Part shown: positions 37,980 through 51,069 of the stretch, piece by piece
Position numbering within the stretch: the stretch's first letter is position 1
Layout of the letters: the number at the start of each line of letters is the position of its first letter
Origin: Podarcis melisellensis
Lineage: Eukaryota
Direction: 5' to 3' (one strand)
Length of the DNA: 64,000 nucleotides
NCBI GenBank assembly: GCA_964234715.1
Contig: OZ174281.1
Notes under the pieces: generated by a model
The model's database searches: none
What the model was told of the DNA's origin: nothing
The model's input: the letters and a program-made list of their open reading frames with translations, nothing else
Position numbers and translations under genes: made by a program

Positions 37980-40900
37980 TAATATGTTCCTTACATTATC
38001 ACAATTGAGCAGGGGCGGTGGGGGGCAGAGGAAATACATTCACACATTATTCTAGGAAAGGGGTTGCCAATGCAGTGCCCTCCAGATGTTGTTGTACTGC
38101 AACCCCCATCAGATCCAGCCAGCATGGGGTCACTGGTCAGGGATGATGGAAGTTGTAGTTCAACATGTGGCGAGCCACTTACCTACCTATCTTGCCCAGG
38201 GCAACCCAAAGTAGCTTACAACCAACCAAGCAACCAGACAAAAACACACACATAGATACATTAAAACTGGGGGGGGGGGGAGGACATTAAAAACTTCCCA
38301 CCCACATGATGTGTGCCCCAATCCATGGTTTTGGCCGCAGTGTGAAGAGGTAGAAGAAAGTCCTATGTGAAAGTTCCCAGTTGTGCATAGAACATGGTGC
38401 TAGACATTTTGGGTTTATGCTATTATTATTGTGGCTGGGCTCATACCTGTTGAAAATGCTAATGGTAGTGTTGTTGCTTGTACGTAGCTTTTCTGTATCC
38501 CGTTAATTTTTGTTCTGCCCCCTTCCTTGTGGGAACAAAACTAAGAGCTCATAAATTCTCAATTAAATCAGCATATGTTTATATGATATTGGCACCAATA
38601 AAGCTTATATATACTGTAGAGTGATTAAGCCAATAGCCTTTGCTTGAAGAGCAGTACTGCATACCCATTGTAAATGATCGTGAAGTGAGGATATGCCTTA
38701 TTTTCTAGCCAAGGGGCTCAAGAAATAGCTGTGAAATTTCAGGAAACTGTTAACCAGCAGGCAGCATCCTCTGTAAAAGTAGCAGCTTTGTAGCTTGTGT
38801 TAAGTAATGTACAAAAATATCTGTTGAAGTGCCAGACATCTGTGCTTACTAAAGCAAGGCTGAGAAAAGCTGGCATCTTTGTGTATGTGTTTAATTTGTT
38901 TGGTCTTCCCAAAAATTAAAATAAATCATTTGCAGGGGGTGGGGGTTTATGGATGTTAGCTATTTGATTTTGACAGTACCTGCAGTTAAGGCATCCTTTA
39001 TATCTGTTTTCAGCTAAGGCTAGCTTTGGCTGGTGTTGCAGTGTTGTGTTAATTTAGAGGAGGCCATGAATTGCCGTATGACTTCCCCTGGATGCAAGGA
39101 GAGTAGGACTCCTGCTTCTGCCCATGGAGCCAGTCTGGTTAGATGTCGCAGCACCATGGAGAGGTCCTTGTGATCAACATCCTTCAGTGAGGCCTAAAAT
39201 GAATAGAGTGCTTTTGAGCCTCTGCATCCAGTCCAGTCCTCCTTTACTGGAGCCCTAAAGATTCTTAAAGGACCAGCTCACTGGGCTGCTTTTCCTTTGT
39301 TATGTGCCTTTCCACTTGGTGTGCTCCCTCAGCTATTGGACTGGCAAAGTGGCGTGGGCAATACTCCGTTCATCAGGCCCAAGGACAGCACCTGTGAGGG
39401 TCCTGCCTCTGGTTCTGTGGGCCTAGGTGCTGCGCCTCTCTTGGGCCCCTGATCAGGTAACACCAGGCCCAGAGCCAGGAATCTGGTCCAGCTTCCTAGC
39501 CAGTAGCTCTGCAGCCTTTTCATTTAGTAGCCATCATCCCAAGCTACCAGGATTGTTGATCAGGGAAGGTTGCCCAGAAGGGAATGTGCCCCTTGGACTG
39601 CAAAAGGTGTGTGTGTGCATGTCTCACTGTGCAGGTGTTTTGGTGACTTTCTCAAGGTGTTAAGACTGAACATCCTGCTCCTTTCCTGTCTAATGTCCTT
39701 ATGTATTGAGCGGTTTGTTTCGATCAGGTATCGTTGGCAGCTTCAGCCAGGGCAGATTGGTTGGTCATTGAAGAAAGCCAGCTTCTCTGTGGGGATGGCT
39801 TGAATGTTTTGCTCCTGCATTAAAGATGTGTAGATCCCGACAAGAGATCCCACTCACTCTGTGCTCACATACTCAGGTGCTTCTGTGTAAAGGAACTTGA
39901 AGGGATTCTGTGTTCAGGCAACTCTTAACACCCATTTGAAAATATCCACAACTTGAATGGGATACAGTATTTCTGGTCTGGATTGGAGAGAGAGTGGCAA
40001 GGAGGGTGTTTAGAGGGTGCTCCCCACTTTACACGATTTCACCCAGAACGTAACCCTTGCATTAAGTGGGAGTTGTCTGTATTGAAAACATTCTGACTAA
40101 TAAGATACCGGTACTGATTTTTAAACATCACACAGACAAAACTGTTATAGGAAGTAGAAGGGGGCCGGCAGATTTCAATAGGGGAAAATGAATGAGGATA
40201 AATTCTCTGTCCAAAGGCTTTGTCCTCCATAATTCTGTTTCCTCGTCCTTTCTTCTGCCCTCTCCAGAAACACATAGCTTCCATTGATTTTACAGAAGAA
40301 GAAGAAGAAATGGCAGTGCTGGTGGTATTATTGACCTAAAAATTGGTGGGAGTGAAAGGAGGGGGAAAACAGGCTAATCTGATGATGTTGAAGCACTGCA
40401 TTTGTTTTTCCTATCCCCTTACACCCTGAAGCTTTAATGATGTCCTCCTCATAATGAATGATCTTGGGAGGGGAGAAAGCTGTATTGGAGGGGAGAGCGG
40501 CTGCGGCTTGAGAAATTAGTTTTACGCGTGTCAGGCTTCGGAGAAACATTATGTCATTCTCATTTGCACTGCTTGAGGATGAGCTCATTGGGGAGGAGCC
40601 TCCGTGATTCGCAGCTGTGCCAGTTCAGCCTGTGGTGATTAGCATTCTCTGCGCTCACCAACAGAACAGAATAAAGAGGAGGAGGAGGAGGGAAAGGGAG
40701 ACTGCATTATAAATTATTTAAAAACCTACAGATAAGTGTGTGTGTTTTTTAAGTAATCATAAAACCCAGAACAGATTCAAATTTCCAATCAAAAGAACAT
40801 GATTCGAGCAACTCTTTTTCTTGTTACTATAGGCTGGAAAGGATTGAGTTCTGTCACTAAGAGGAAGAAAGCTGAGCCCTGTATATTGTACCCAACTTTC

Positions 40901-43900
40901 AGCCCCAACTACTGATATGCGTGATTTTCTTGGTACAGTGAGGCCTATCATTTATATTGCTCTTCTTCCCTCTCCCCTCCCCCCCCCCCGGATCGATATG
41001 CTAATCTTACTGGATAGATATCCTGAACTTTTAAAATTATCTTTCTTTCCCACCCTTTTAGAAGGAAAAAATAGATTACATTTTGGATTTCGTAACCAGT
41101 GAAGCTTGGCTCCCAGCCCAGTGCATCTGAAATATGGTGTGTGCTGTGAATATGGGTGTCTCAGATCCCCCAAATAGCTTAGTGTTAAAAGCTATGTAAT
41201 GGAAGGTAATAGTGTGTTGAGCATTAAAAAGAAAACTGATTTGGATTGGGGGGGGGAGAGGTAACAGAATCTGAAAATGAGGAGTGTTTCAAGGAAGTAG
41301 GAGAGGGGGGAATCAGGAACTAGAAATAAGAAAGGGAAGTTGAAATGGACAGAGAAGTACTATATTGAAGGATGACTGTAAGGGCTTTTGGGAGAGGCTG
41401 AGGACCCCTCTAGACTGGTGGGGGTTGGGGTTTCTTCTGCAACATGTCACTGATGCAATAATAGTGCATTCGTGGTGGATTTACACTGCACCATCATTCT
41501 GCTTTGTAGTTGTTCTGCAATGCTTCTCCAATTTTGCAAACAAAGTGGGATTACTTATAACTGCCCAGATAACATCATGAAAACGAAACATCAAGAATGC
41601 ACATTAAAAAGGATGTTTGGGGGGTCCAGGGGGTTGTCCGGGGTAAATCTGGATCTGGAGAAGTAGCTTCAGCTTATAAAGGTACCACAGCAAAAGAAAC
41701 AGAGAGGAAACTGGTGTTCACAGAGCAGCAGAAGTCAGTGAAAATTGATTTATTCACAAATTGGGATGCTGTTTATAAACTCCTAGAGGGCAGATACGTT
41801 CATCCTAGAGACACTGTTTCCAGAACAAGCATAATTTACTTTTCAAATAATTGTCCCTTTGCTTGTTTTATTTATAATCTTTATAGAAATGGAACTATTG
41901 AGGTTTTTTAGGATCGGCAGGGGGATAGAACGTTGTAGTTTTCAGATATCTCTGTCAGGAAGGTAGACTTTTTCCAGTCTGTTAGTGAGGGAGGTTCCAC
42001 ATTTTAGATAGTAAACATGTATGATGGCTTTATGTACACTTAGGCTTCCCTCAACAAACTTGTAAAGTGTGAATGACAGACATAGTTGCATCTTAAACAA
42101 CCATATACACCTGTCTTGGAATCTAGCCTAAACAGTGTATGTTACAGTTTGCATGTTTCCTGAGTGAACTAGTGGTGTCACATTCTTTTATTTACCACAA
42201 AGCAGTAAGACTCTTAAGCATGTTCACGAAGGCCAAACTACACATTACACACACAACAGCAACCTGATTGTACATGTTATATGGAAGAGAAAAAGCAATT
42301 TGGAGCAGAGAAATTGTGGTGAGATTATTAACCTTAAACCCCCCCCCCCCGCTGTTTCCATGCTTCCTAACATGAAAAATGAATTTTGAACCCTGGGATA
42401 GGGTAAGCTGCTGACGACAGGGTCATTTGGAGTGCAGAAAAGTGATACGAAAGGGTTGAACATACACACATGCCCATGCTGTTTTTACTTTATTTATTTT
42501 TTGTTTTTGTTTTTAGAGAAAAAGCAGTGGGTGAGAGGGTGAGGTGCTTAATCTTTCCTGAACATGTGCAAGTCTCCTTTGAAATGTGCCTCTCTTTTTA
42601 ACACCAACCCAACCCAGCCCAGCTCAGCTGGAGAACATGAATTAATGCTGCAATCTTATATAAAGCCTTCCTTGGAGTAAGCCCCATCTAACGCTCTTCT
42701 CCTGCCCTGTTCCTTCAGCACCACCAGTTCTCCTTGCAAGTATTTCTTCCCCATCCCTGCATTTGTTTTCTGAGGAAAGCTCAGGATAGGGTGGGAACCC
42801 CATTTTTTATTCATAATATCTAATTCTCATCAACTGGCGCTCAAAGACACACTGCCTCTCACCGCGAAAGGAGAACAAAGCCATTACGCTAGTATCCATT
42901 TTAATTGCTATAATACTATTGTCATTTTCAACAGTTGGCAAGTATTTTAAAAATAAGTATTTTTAAATGGAAAAAACAGCTTTTTATAGATGATCCATCC
43001 CTCCATTCTTAAAAAAAAAATAACAAGCTAATGTTCTGGAGCAAAATTATAATCCGGACTACTGGGCTAAAGGCATCTTTTTCTAGGAAGACTAATATTT
43101 GTTTTGATTCAAAGTGTGAACCACAATTTTTAAAAACAGTAGAAACAAAATCTGTTTGCAACCTTCTGTTGCTGTTCTGTCTGGATTTTAGTTATCTTTC
43201 AAAGTAAATTATATAAAAGCAGCAGTCTTTCTTCGCCTATGGGTGTGCAAACTTTTTAGGGTCAAGCTCCACATTTGATCAGGGTGAAGTGGTTGAGGGC
43301 TGCATGGCCAGAGTAAGATGGGGCACTCTCCCCTCTCCCTCTTTCTTACACAGACACTTCTCTCCTCCTGTTGATAAGCAGGTTCATGTGGAAGTCAATA
43401 GTCCTTCATATACCCACATCCCATCCCATATAGGGCTTTGAATGTTATGCGCTTTGAACTGTGCCCAGAAACAGACAGGGAAGCAGTGAATCTGTGCTAA
43501 AGATGTTATCTGGCCGACTAGTTCTGCTTTGTAATCTGAGCCAATAGTACTTCAAGTCTTCAAAGGCAGTCCCAATGCCCAACACATTGCAGTAGCCTAA
43601 TCCCAACTCCTATTGAGATTGTAAACAGCTTTTCCAACCTAGTCTTAATACTCCCAGCAGTGCACTATGAATTTTCCTGCCACTCAGCAGATTTGCATAC
43701 AATGTTTGCCACATTGTGAGCCAACTCAGTATTGATAATTCAGTAAATGTTAATGGGAAGGGTATACTGAAAGCAACCATCAACCTTGACTTAAGTACAT
43801 TATCAAACATTGTGTCTGAAAGGCATTAGTCCCGTAGGGATCTTCTCTTAAACTCTCGGGCTTTGGAAAGATAGAAGCTTCCCTACATCGTAACACCAAG

Positions 43901-45109
43901 TGAAGCAAGTTTTTCCTTTCTCTACCCTATGCTTAAAATGATTACCATTCATTAGTCAACTCTGTGTTAAAGGGCACTATGTTTGCCTTGAGGCTACTTT
44001 GTCTAATTAGCTTCATGGGAAATTAAGAAGGTGCTGTTGTGTTTTTTGCATTCCCCCCTATGAATTTCATGTTGTTACAACTCTTCAGCTACAGAGTAAA
44101 TTCTGCTACTGCTTTAACAGATACTTGAGGATAAAACCTGCTGCCTATTTGTAATGTTCTTTATGCTGAAATCAGGACTGAACTCTGTGCTATTCAGGAA
44201 GTCTGTTAACAATCTCCTCCTTCTGTTCTAATCAAACCTGATGCTTTTTGTTCCTCCTTTTCAATTAAAACCCAAAATTATTAGGTGATGTATTCACATA
44301 TCTGCAGTGCATCATGTAATCTGGTCTTGATTGAGAGGCTGCCTGTTTTTTCTTCTTCTGAGCAGTTCACAGTAACATAGAAAGTTGCCTTACAGTGAGC
44401 CAGACTATTGTTCTATTTAGCTTAGTACTGTCAACACTGGCTGGCAGCTGATCTCCAAAGTCTCAGGTGGGTGCCTTTCCCTACCAGGAGATGCCAGTAT
44501 TACTGAACCTTGGAATTTTCTGTATGCAAGACATATGCTCTGCCACTGAGCAATGACCATAGAGACACCATAGCACCTTGAGACTTCAAGCAGACATAAA
44601 AGGCATCCTTCACTGTGTTAATGCATAAAAACTTCAGTGCTTGTCTGCTAAGTCCCTTTGATGCCTAACTGTGTTGGATTGCCACCCAAAAAGTTCTTGG
44701 TGATGGTCCTACATCTTTGGTACTCTTTTGCGCTGGAAACACATCTAAATCGGAGTCAAGAGACGCTTTCAAAGGTATTGCAAGACTTTCCGTGTATTCA
44801 AGTCGGCATTCCCTGGATCAAGTGGATGCTAATGAGGCCTTGGCTTATCTGTTTTATCCACTTTTGTCAAAACAGTTTAGGTAAGGTTACAGTCCCCGGA
44901 TTTACAAATCAGTCCCCATACAAAATCAGTTGAAGTTGAAAAGTGTCCCTGAATTCATTGAATTCTTTTTTGTAACCTTAAGTTTAGGTTTCTGCTCTTT
45001 ACAGAGCTTCTGAGCAGGAAGAATTTGGAATATCAACATTATTATTTCCCTCACCAGCCTGCGTTTGCTGCTGATTTAGATCTTTCTTTTCCTTCACTTT
45101 CCATTTCAG

Positions 45110-45213
45110 AAAATCTTTGGAAGAACTGGATATGGATAAAGTCACAGCAGCTATGGTCCTAACCAGTTTATCCACCAGCCCTTTGGTCCGCAGCCCTCCT
45201 GTCCGACCCAACG
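45110..45213 (+). CDS. ZNF704: ZNF704 coding exon 3 (conserved [16 protein letters not shown] motif)
   Basis: Pyrimidine tract then tttcag|A; (R)[34 protein letters not shown]; donor G|GTAAGC. Confidence 0.95.
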
Positions 45214-46124
45214 GTAAGCACTGTATCACAAGAGATTGTGAAAAGTAGTAGGGATCTTGAACTTAAATTTCATCAATGGTTGCAATTCATGAAGCATGTA
45301 TGTCTAACTATAGTAAGTATCCATCTGTTGCACTGGGAACATACAGAAAAATAAATCCTATAAACCATTATGCTATTAGGGGACCTGCCACCAGTGCATT
45401 ATTGGACCTTGTGATCAATGATCATGAGTTACTTTTTCTGAACAAGGGGGTGGGGGAGTACTTTTGAGCAGATAAACAGCAGAGAGGGAGAAATTTAGGC
45501 ACTCCTTTTCCTCCCTGATTCTTCCTCCCTGGGCAGAAGCATCTAGGCAGTTTTTGATTTACAAACAAAAACAACAACAAAAAGAGAAGGGGGCATGAAA
45601 CTTGCTGCTGTGTGTAACAGGTAGCACATAAGATCAAACTGACATTCTTCTTTAAATAAGACAAAGAATAACAAGGAAGATGGCAGGAAAACAAGAATCA
45701 GACTTACTCTCTCTTTGTTTGTTTCAGCCTCATTCTATCAGGCTTTCTTCTCTTTTCAAAATTTTGTTCATGTATAAATCTTTTCTTTTTTAAAAAAAGA
45801 AAGATAAAGAGAAGTTAAAAAGCCAGAGAACACAGAAATGCCGTAATTATGACTGAACATTACATTTGAATGATAGGTGCTTTTTTCACCCCTTTAGCTC
45901 CTGTGAACAAACAGCATTTAAAACTATGCTTGACTTACTTATTTATTACATAAAATTTACATGCTGCTTGATTGTAAAAAAACCCACACAACTCTGATAC
46001 CAGATGTGCTATGTGTCTATAAATTAGTGAAAGTACTGCAGTACTCCCAGGTAGAAACTCTTCGCACATTTATAGCTGCAGGACTGTTGCCAACATTCTC
46101 TTCTAAAAAACACAGTAACTGATA

Positions 46125-46364
46125 TAGTGGTACCTCAGTTCTCGTACATAATCCATTCCAGAAGACCATTTGACTTCCAAAACGTTCAAAAACCGAGGCA
46201 CAAAGGGCTGGGTGCAAGTTAAATTGAGAAAATTGAAAACACACAGCAGAAGCTGTTCAACTTCCAAGGCACGTTTGAAAACAGAAGCATTTACTTCTGG
46301 GTTTTCAGTGTTCGAAAACCAAAACATTAGGCTTCCGAGACACTCGAAAACCGAGGTACCACTG
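46125..46364. mobile_element. Tc1/mariner (Tigger-like) MITE
   Basis: TA|tagtggtacctcagtt ... aaccgaggtaccactg|TA. Confidence 0.82.
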
Positions 46365-46550
46365 TATTGAGTTGCTTTGGTCCAGGGGTAAACAGCGTAT
46401 TTTCCTCCAGATGTTGTTGAACTACAGTTCCCATCATCCTTGAATTGTTGCCCAACACATCGGGGGGGTGCTACCATGTTGACTGCCCCTGCTTTATCCA
46501 GTGCTGTTCAACTTTAATTCACTTTCCTTTTTGATCTTCCGAATTTCTAG

Positions 46551-46783
46551 AGTCCTTAAATGGATCTTGGAAGGAAGGAGGATTCGTGCCTTCGAGTACC
46601 AGCAGCAGCGGGTATTGGAGCTGGAGTGCTCCAAGCGACCAGTCAAACCCATCCACCCCTTCGCCCCCTCTTTCTGCCGACAGCTTCAAACCATTTCGAC
46701 TGCCCTCCCAGACAGACGACGGCATCGACGAAGCTGAAACTAGTAGTCTCCTCTTTGACGAGCCCATTCCTAGAAAGAGGAAG
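46551..46783 (+). CDS. ZNF704: ZNF704 coding exon 4 (Ser/Pro-rich)
   Basis: tttctag|AG; (E)[39 protein letters not shown]...[12 protein letters not shown]; donor AAG|GTGAGC. Confidence 0.95.
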
Positions 46784-47474
46784 GTGAGCCCAATATTGAC
46801 TTCATAGGAGACTCAAGTTTGTGTCTCTTGGGGTTAATTTACGAACCTGAGGGCTGCATTGTTTCTTACGGGATAGTACATTCACTGTTTGCTCCAGGAT
46901 GTTGGCATGCTTTTAAGTGTCCAACCCTGGGGTTTATTGACAAAGTGCCAACTTGTCATAGTTTATCCTCTCTCTTCTGCCACATCAACGTAGGCCTCTT
47001 ACCATCTAGTTCAAAGATAAGCAGTCAAAGGCACTATCAAATTTAAATTAAGTTACAGCGAAAAGTTTGAGCACAGAAAATAACTTGTCTTTTTGAAATA
47101 ACAGAGATTCCACACTGGAGTGGAATGGAATATTACATCTCTCCCTTTTCACTTTGCAAGTTACATTTGTGTGTGTGTGTGTGTGTGTGTTTATATGTAA
47201 CTGCATGTAATGCCAATAGGGATGTCATCTTATTTTAAACAATCTCTAGCTGCATTCCTGTAAACTCCCCAGTGCAGCTGTGGGGGCTTCCTTCAAACAA
47301 AGTGTATTTCCCCCTTGCAGAGGATCACTTGGAAAAAGATGCCATACTAATTAAAGCTGTATTAGCGTTAAGCAGAAATTTACAAAATGGTCCAATTTAT
47401 GATTCATAGAAGTCAAGCAGATGTGTGAACAAATTAATTAATCTGTATTCTCTCTTGTTTGTTTGTTTTTCCAG

Positions 47475-47575
47475 AATTCCATGAAGGTGATGTTTAAATG
47501 CCTTTGGAAAAACTGCGGAAAAGTACTGAGCACAGCCGTCGGTATTCAGAAACACATCCGGACCATTCACCTTGG
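47475..47575 (+). CDS. ZNF704: ZNF704 coding exon 5 (C2H2 zinc finger)
   Basis: ttccag|AAT; [33 protein letters not shown](G); donor GG|GTAAGA. Confidence 0.96.
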
Positions 47576-48314
47576 GTAAGAAAACGACTGTTCCTTCTAT
47601 CTGGGAAAAGACAGATACCCAAATCCATTTTACTCAGAAATAACCCTAATTGATTTCGCTAGGATTTATATCCCTAAGCAACAGAGCTTGCTTAGAATCA
47701 ACCGCTGATCTGTGGTATCTCAGTTCTCTGCTTTCAGGTTGATAAAGATTTTGAAGAAAATTCTATGGCTGGTTCCCACATTATGTCGGGATATATTTTC
47801 ACCTGTATCAAAGTTGTTTCTAAAGTGATTGTGGAGATGACATGCAGGTCTAGTACTCGCATAATGCTAAAGCTAAACAGTGGCTTAACATGAATAAGCA
47901 AATGTGAGCTAAGCCGTGTGTGCTATCTGAATGTGCTCGTGGTTTGCTCTTTCCAGAAAAACCACGAGCTGTAACCGAAGTTTGTCCTATGGTTTAAAAT
48001 CTGTGGTTTGTCTAGTGGAGCCTCACTGTGACTCATAATAAGTCACTATTTATCGTGACCCCTTTATCTGCCTCTGAGGCATATGTGTCTTGCATGCACA
48101 CATCAACAAAATGGCACCAAAAGCCCACAGCCAAATGAAGAAGGTATCTTAATATTGGTCCAACTGTCAGTTATAAATGTTTTATGTCACATCAGTTATA
48201 AAAGTTGGGAGATGTAACTTCTTTGCATCTGCCCATATACTAACATCACAATTCTCCTTTGCTGCAGTTAATTTAATATGCTACAAATAACTTCTTGGTC
48301 TCCACTTGATTTAG

Positions 48315-48576
48315 GCGTGCGGGAGAGTCTGACTACAGTGATGGAGAGGAAGATTTTTACTACACAGAGATACGCCTCAACACTGATTCCGTAGCTGATG
48401 GGTTAAGTAGCTTGTCTCCCGTCTCCCCGTCTCTAGCATCTCCTCCTCCTTTTCCATCACAAGATGTGAGCAAATGTGACCTGTCATGTGCCAAAACAGA
48501 TGTGAAAGGGATGACACCTCTAAGCCGCTCGGCTCCTACCAATCTCTACCTCGTTCACTCTGACCATGCTTACCAG
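48315..48576 (+). CDS. ZNF704: ZNF704 coding exon 6
   Basis: tttag|G; [18 protein letters not shown]...[19 protein letters not shown]; donor CAG|GTAAGA. Confidence 0.95.
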
Positions 48577-49194
48577 GTAAGATTCTTTTTTCCGTAAGGG
48601 ATACTGGCTCAGTGTAATGGGAACCCCATGGTTTCTAATGTGAATGAGCCATGGCAAACATCAGTCTTGTGTGTTCCCCTTCCCCTCCTTTTCTATTCTT
48701 TCACGGACAAGAAGCTTTTGATTATTAAGCAAACCACAGTTCATTGTGATGTCTGAATTTTAGGAACTGTGGTTTGTTCAAACTGTGGCTTCCTTCTACT
48801 GATCTGTTTGGGGGGGGATCCAGAATATTTATTAGAATCTATTCTTTTCTAATGTTACCATTCCTTTCTTTATAAATGAATTCAAGGCAGCTGAAATCAA
48901 TTAAAACATTCAAATTGTCAATGACACAGTCTACCAACCCCCAAACAAACACAACATCAGAAACAAGCAGAGAGAAAATATAAGCACCTAGCAACACAAA
49001 AGAACAAAGGCTGGTCTGAAAAGTGGGTGGGTTGCCTGGGGTCTAAAAGGCATAAAGTAATGGAACTAGGTATCCCTCCCTCTAGGATAATATTTCAGAA
49101 ACTTTACGCCATGATTGAAGGACCTGTTTCTGATATACTCTTGCCAAACCTCAGTCTACAAGGGCACCCAGAGTAGCATACTAGCTATGCAAGG

Positions 49195-49199
<5 letters not shown>

Positions 49200-49258
<59 letters not shown>
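49200..49258. repeat. (TA)n microsatellite, left flank of the PLE
   Basis: Pure TA run. Confidence 0.98.
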
Positions 49259-49260
<2 letters not shown>

Positions 49261-49342
49261 TTTCGTAGATTTTCACGGGTACAGGAATGCAGGTTTTGGT
49301 GTCCTCGGGTGTCTTCCCGTGTAAAAGTTGGGGTGTCTAGGC

Positions 49343-49376
49343 GACGTTTCGACGAGGTCTCACTCGTCATCTTCAG
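49343..49376 (-). ncRNA. Minimal hammerhead ribozyme motif (PLE type), - strand arm
   Basis: Exact reverse complement of 51788-51821. Confidence 0.75.
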
Positions 49377-51069
49377 GCTGGTGCTTTCGGCTTCTTGTTA
49401 CTGGAACAGAGCAGGATCTCAGTGTTTGAGTTCCTATAAATACTGTTGAGGGGGTGTGGTGTATAGCCTCCAATGTTCTGGGCAGAGAGGAAGTTCCCAG
49501 GCTAGTGTGCCTTTTCTTCTTTTGTTCCTTAATTACTTGAGGGATATCTTGAGTGATTTCTTGAGTGATATCCTGAGTACCACTTAGGTGGGTCATTAGG
49601 TGTGGATTAGTTGCTAAAATCTTTGTGTCTTGACCTCTTGAACTTTGTGAAGAGTTTTTCTGAGAAGATGGCTGTACTGCACTTAGTTGTGCTCTGGCTT
49701 GGCTTCGTGTATAGGGGCGAGCTGTGGTTTTGTGGCCTGTGTCAGCCAGATCTGTGTAGGGATTGCAGGGGGGTGCAGCATCCGGAGGTGCCACCATGGT
49801 TTGGCTACTGGATGGTGTCTGTAATTTATCTGTGGAGAGGGTCTGGGTTTGGGTCTGGTGTGGTTGATTGGTGATAGCGTTCTGTGTGCCTCTGGATCTG
49901 GTGTCAGTTTTTGTGGGGAGGGCTAATTTCCAGATGTCTGGCAAGCGGGATGTGTCGTCACGCTTGTTCATGTTGTGAGGGTGTTTCTCTTTCTCGATGG
50001 CTTCCATGATTATTCTCTTGTGGTGATGTTCCATGTTAAAGAGCAATTTGGAATCTGCAAAATTAATTTCGTGTCCTGTTTCTTTCATGTGTTGGAAAAG
50101 AGAGGAAGTTTTTTCTTCTTTTTTGACGGCATTCTTGTGTTCTGCGATACGTGCATTTATTCGTCTGTTTGTTTGTCCAATGTACGTGGCTGGGCAGACT
50201 TTGCAGGGTATTTCATAGACCCCTTGGTTTTCCAACTGGATTTTATCCTTGGGGTTTCTGAGGATATTGGCTATTTTTTGGTTGGTGCAAAAGGCTGTTT
50301 TGATATTGTGTTTATGGAGGATTTTGCTAATTTTATCTGTAGTGCCCTTGATATAAGGAAGGAGGGCCATGCCATTGTTTTCTTCTGTGTCTTGGTTTTT
50401 GGGGGGTGTTTCTTTTTGGATTAGCTTCGTAACCCTGTTTTGCTGGTATCCATTGGCAATTAACACATTTGAGAGATTCTGTAACTCAGTTGTCAAGTGG
50501 TCTTTGTCAGCCAGGCGTTTGGTTCTGGAGATGAGAGTCTTGGCTACGGAGTTTATTTGTGCAGGGTGGTGGTGTGATTGTGCATGTAAGTAGCGGTTGG
50601 TGTGTGTTTTTTTCCGGTAGATAGTGTGTCCTAGGGAGCCATCAGGTTTTTTGTAGATTAGGACGTCAAGGAAGGGAAGTTGGTTGTTGGCTTCTATTTC
50701 CATAGTGAATTGTATTTTGGGGTGTAGGCTGTTGAGATGTGTGAGGAAGCTATCCAGTTTTTCCTTCCCGTGTGGCCAAATTACAAAGGTGTCGTCAACA
50801 TATCTGAGCCAAAGTTTGGGTTTGTGTTCTGACTTGTCTAAAGCATTGGTTTCAAAGTGTTCCATGTACAGGTTTGCGATGACCGGTGAGAGGGGTGATC
50901 CCATAGGTGCTCCTTCTATCTGTTTGTATCTTTGTCCATTGTGGATGAAGTACGTGTTGGTTAGGCAGTGGTTGGTCAGGTCCAAGATGTATTCGGGGGG
51001 ATTGTATTTGTTTTGAATGGCTGTCAAGGCTTCATTAATGGGCACTTGTGTGAAGAGAGATACAACATC
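49360..51069 (-). CDS. PLE ORF (partial RT + GIY-YIG endonuclease + low-complexity tail), 569 aa uninterrupted, no native start
   Basis: DVVSLFT, GAPMGSPLSPVIANLYM, RYVDDTF and LPFLDVLI (PLE RT motifs); GVYEIPCKVCPATYIGQT...RIAEH...EAIE (GIY-YIG). The first 40 aa of the listed ORF are antisense read-in from the inverted arm. Confidence 0.9.
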   Translation of the reverse strand, partial: DVVSLFTQVPINEALTAIQNKYNPPEYILDLTNHCLTNTYFIHNGQRYKQIEGAPMGSPLSPVIANLYMEHFETNALDKSEHKPKLWLRYVDDTFVIWPHGKEKLDSFLTHLNSLHPKIQFTMEIEANNQLPFLDVLIYKKPDGSLGHTIYRKKTHTNRYLHAQSHHHPAQINSVAKTLISRTKRLADKDHLTTELQNLSNVLIANGYQQNRVTKLIQKETPPKNQDTEENNGMALLPYIKGTTDKISKILHKHNIKTAFCTNQKIANILRNPKDKIQLENQGVYEIPCKVCPATYIGQTNRRINARIAEHKNAVKKEEKTSSLFQHMKETGHEINFADSKLLFNMEHHHKRIIMEAIEKEKHPHNMNKRDDTSRLPDIWKLALPTKTDTRSRGTQNAITNQPHQTQTQTLSTDKLQTPSSSQTMVAPPDAAPPCNPYTDLADTGHKTTARPYTRSQARAQLSAVQPSSQKNSSQSSRGQDTKILATNPHLMTHLSGTQDITQEITQDIPQVIKEQKKKRHTSLGTSSLPRTLEAIHHTPSTVFIGTQTLRSCSVPVTRSRKHQPEDDE

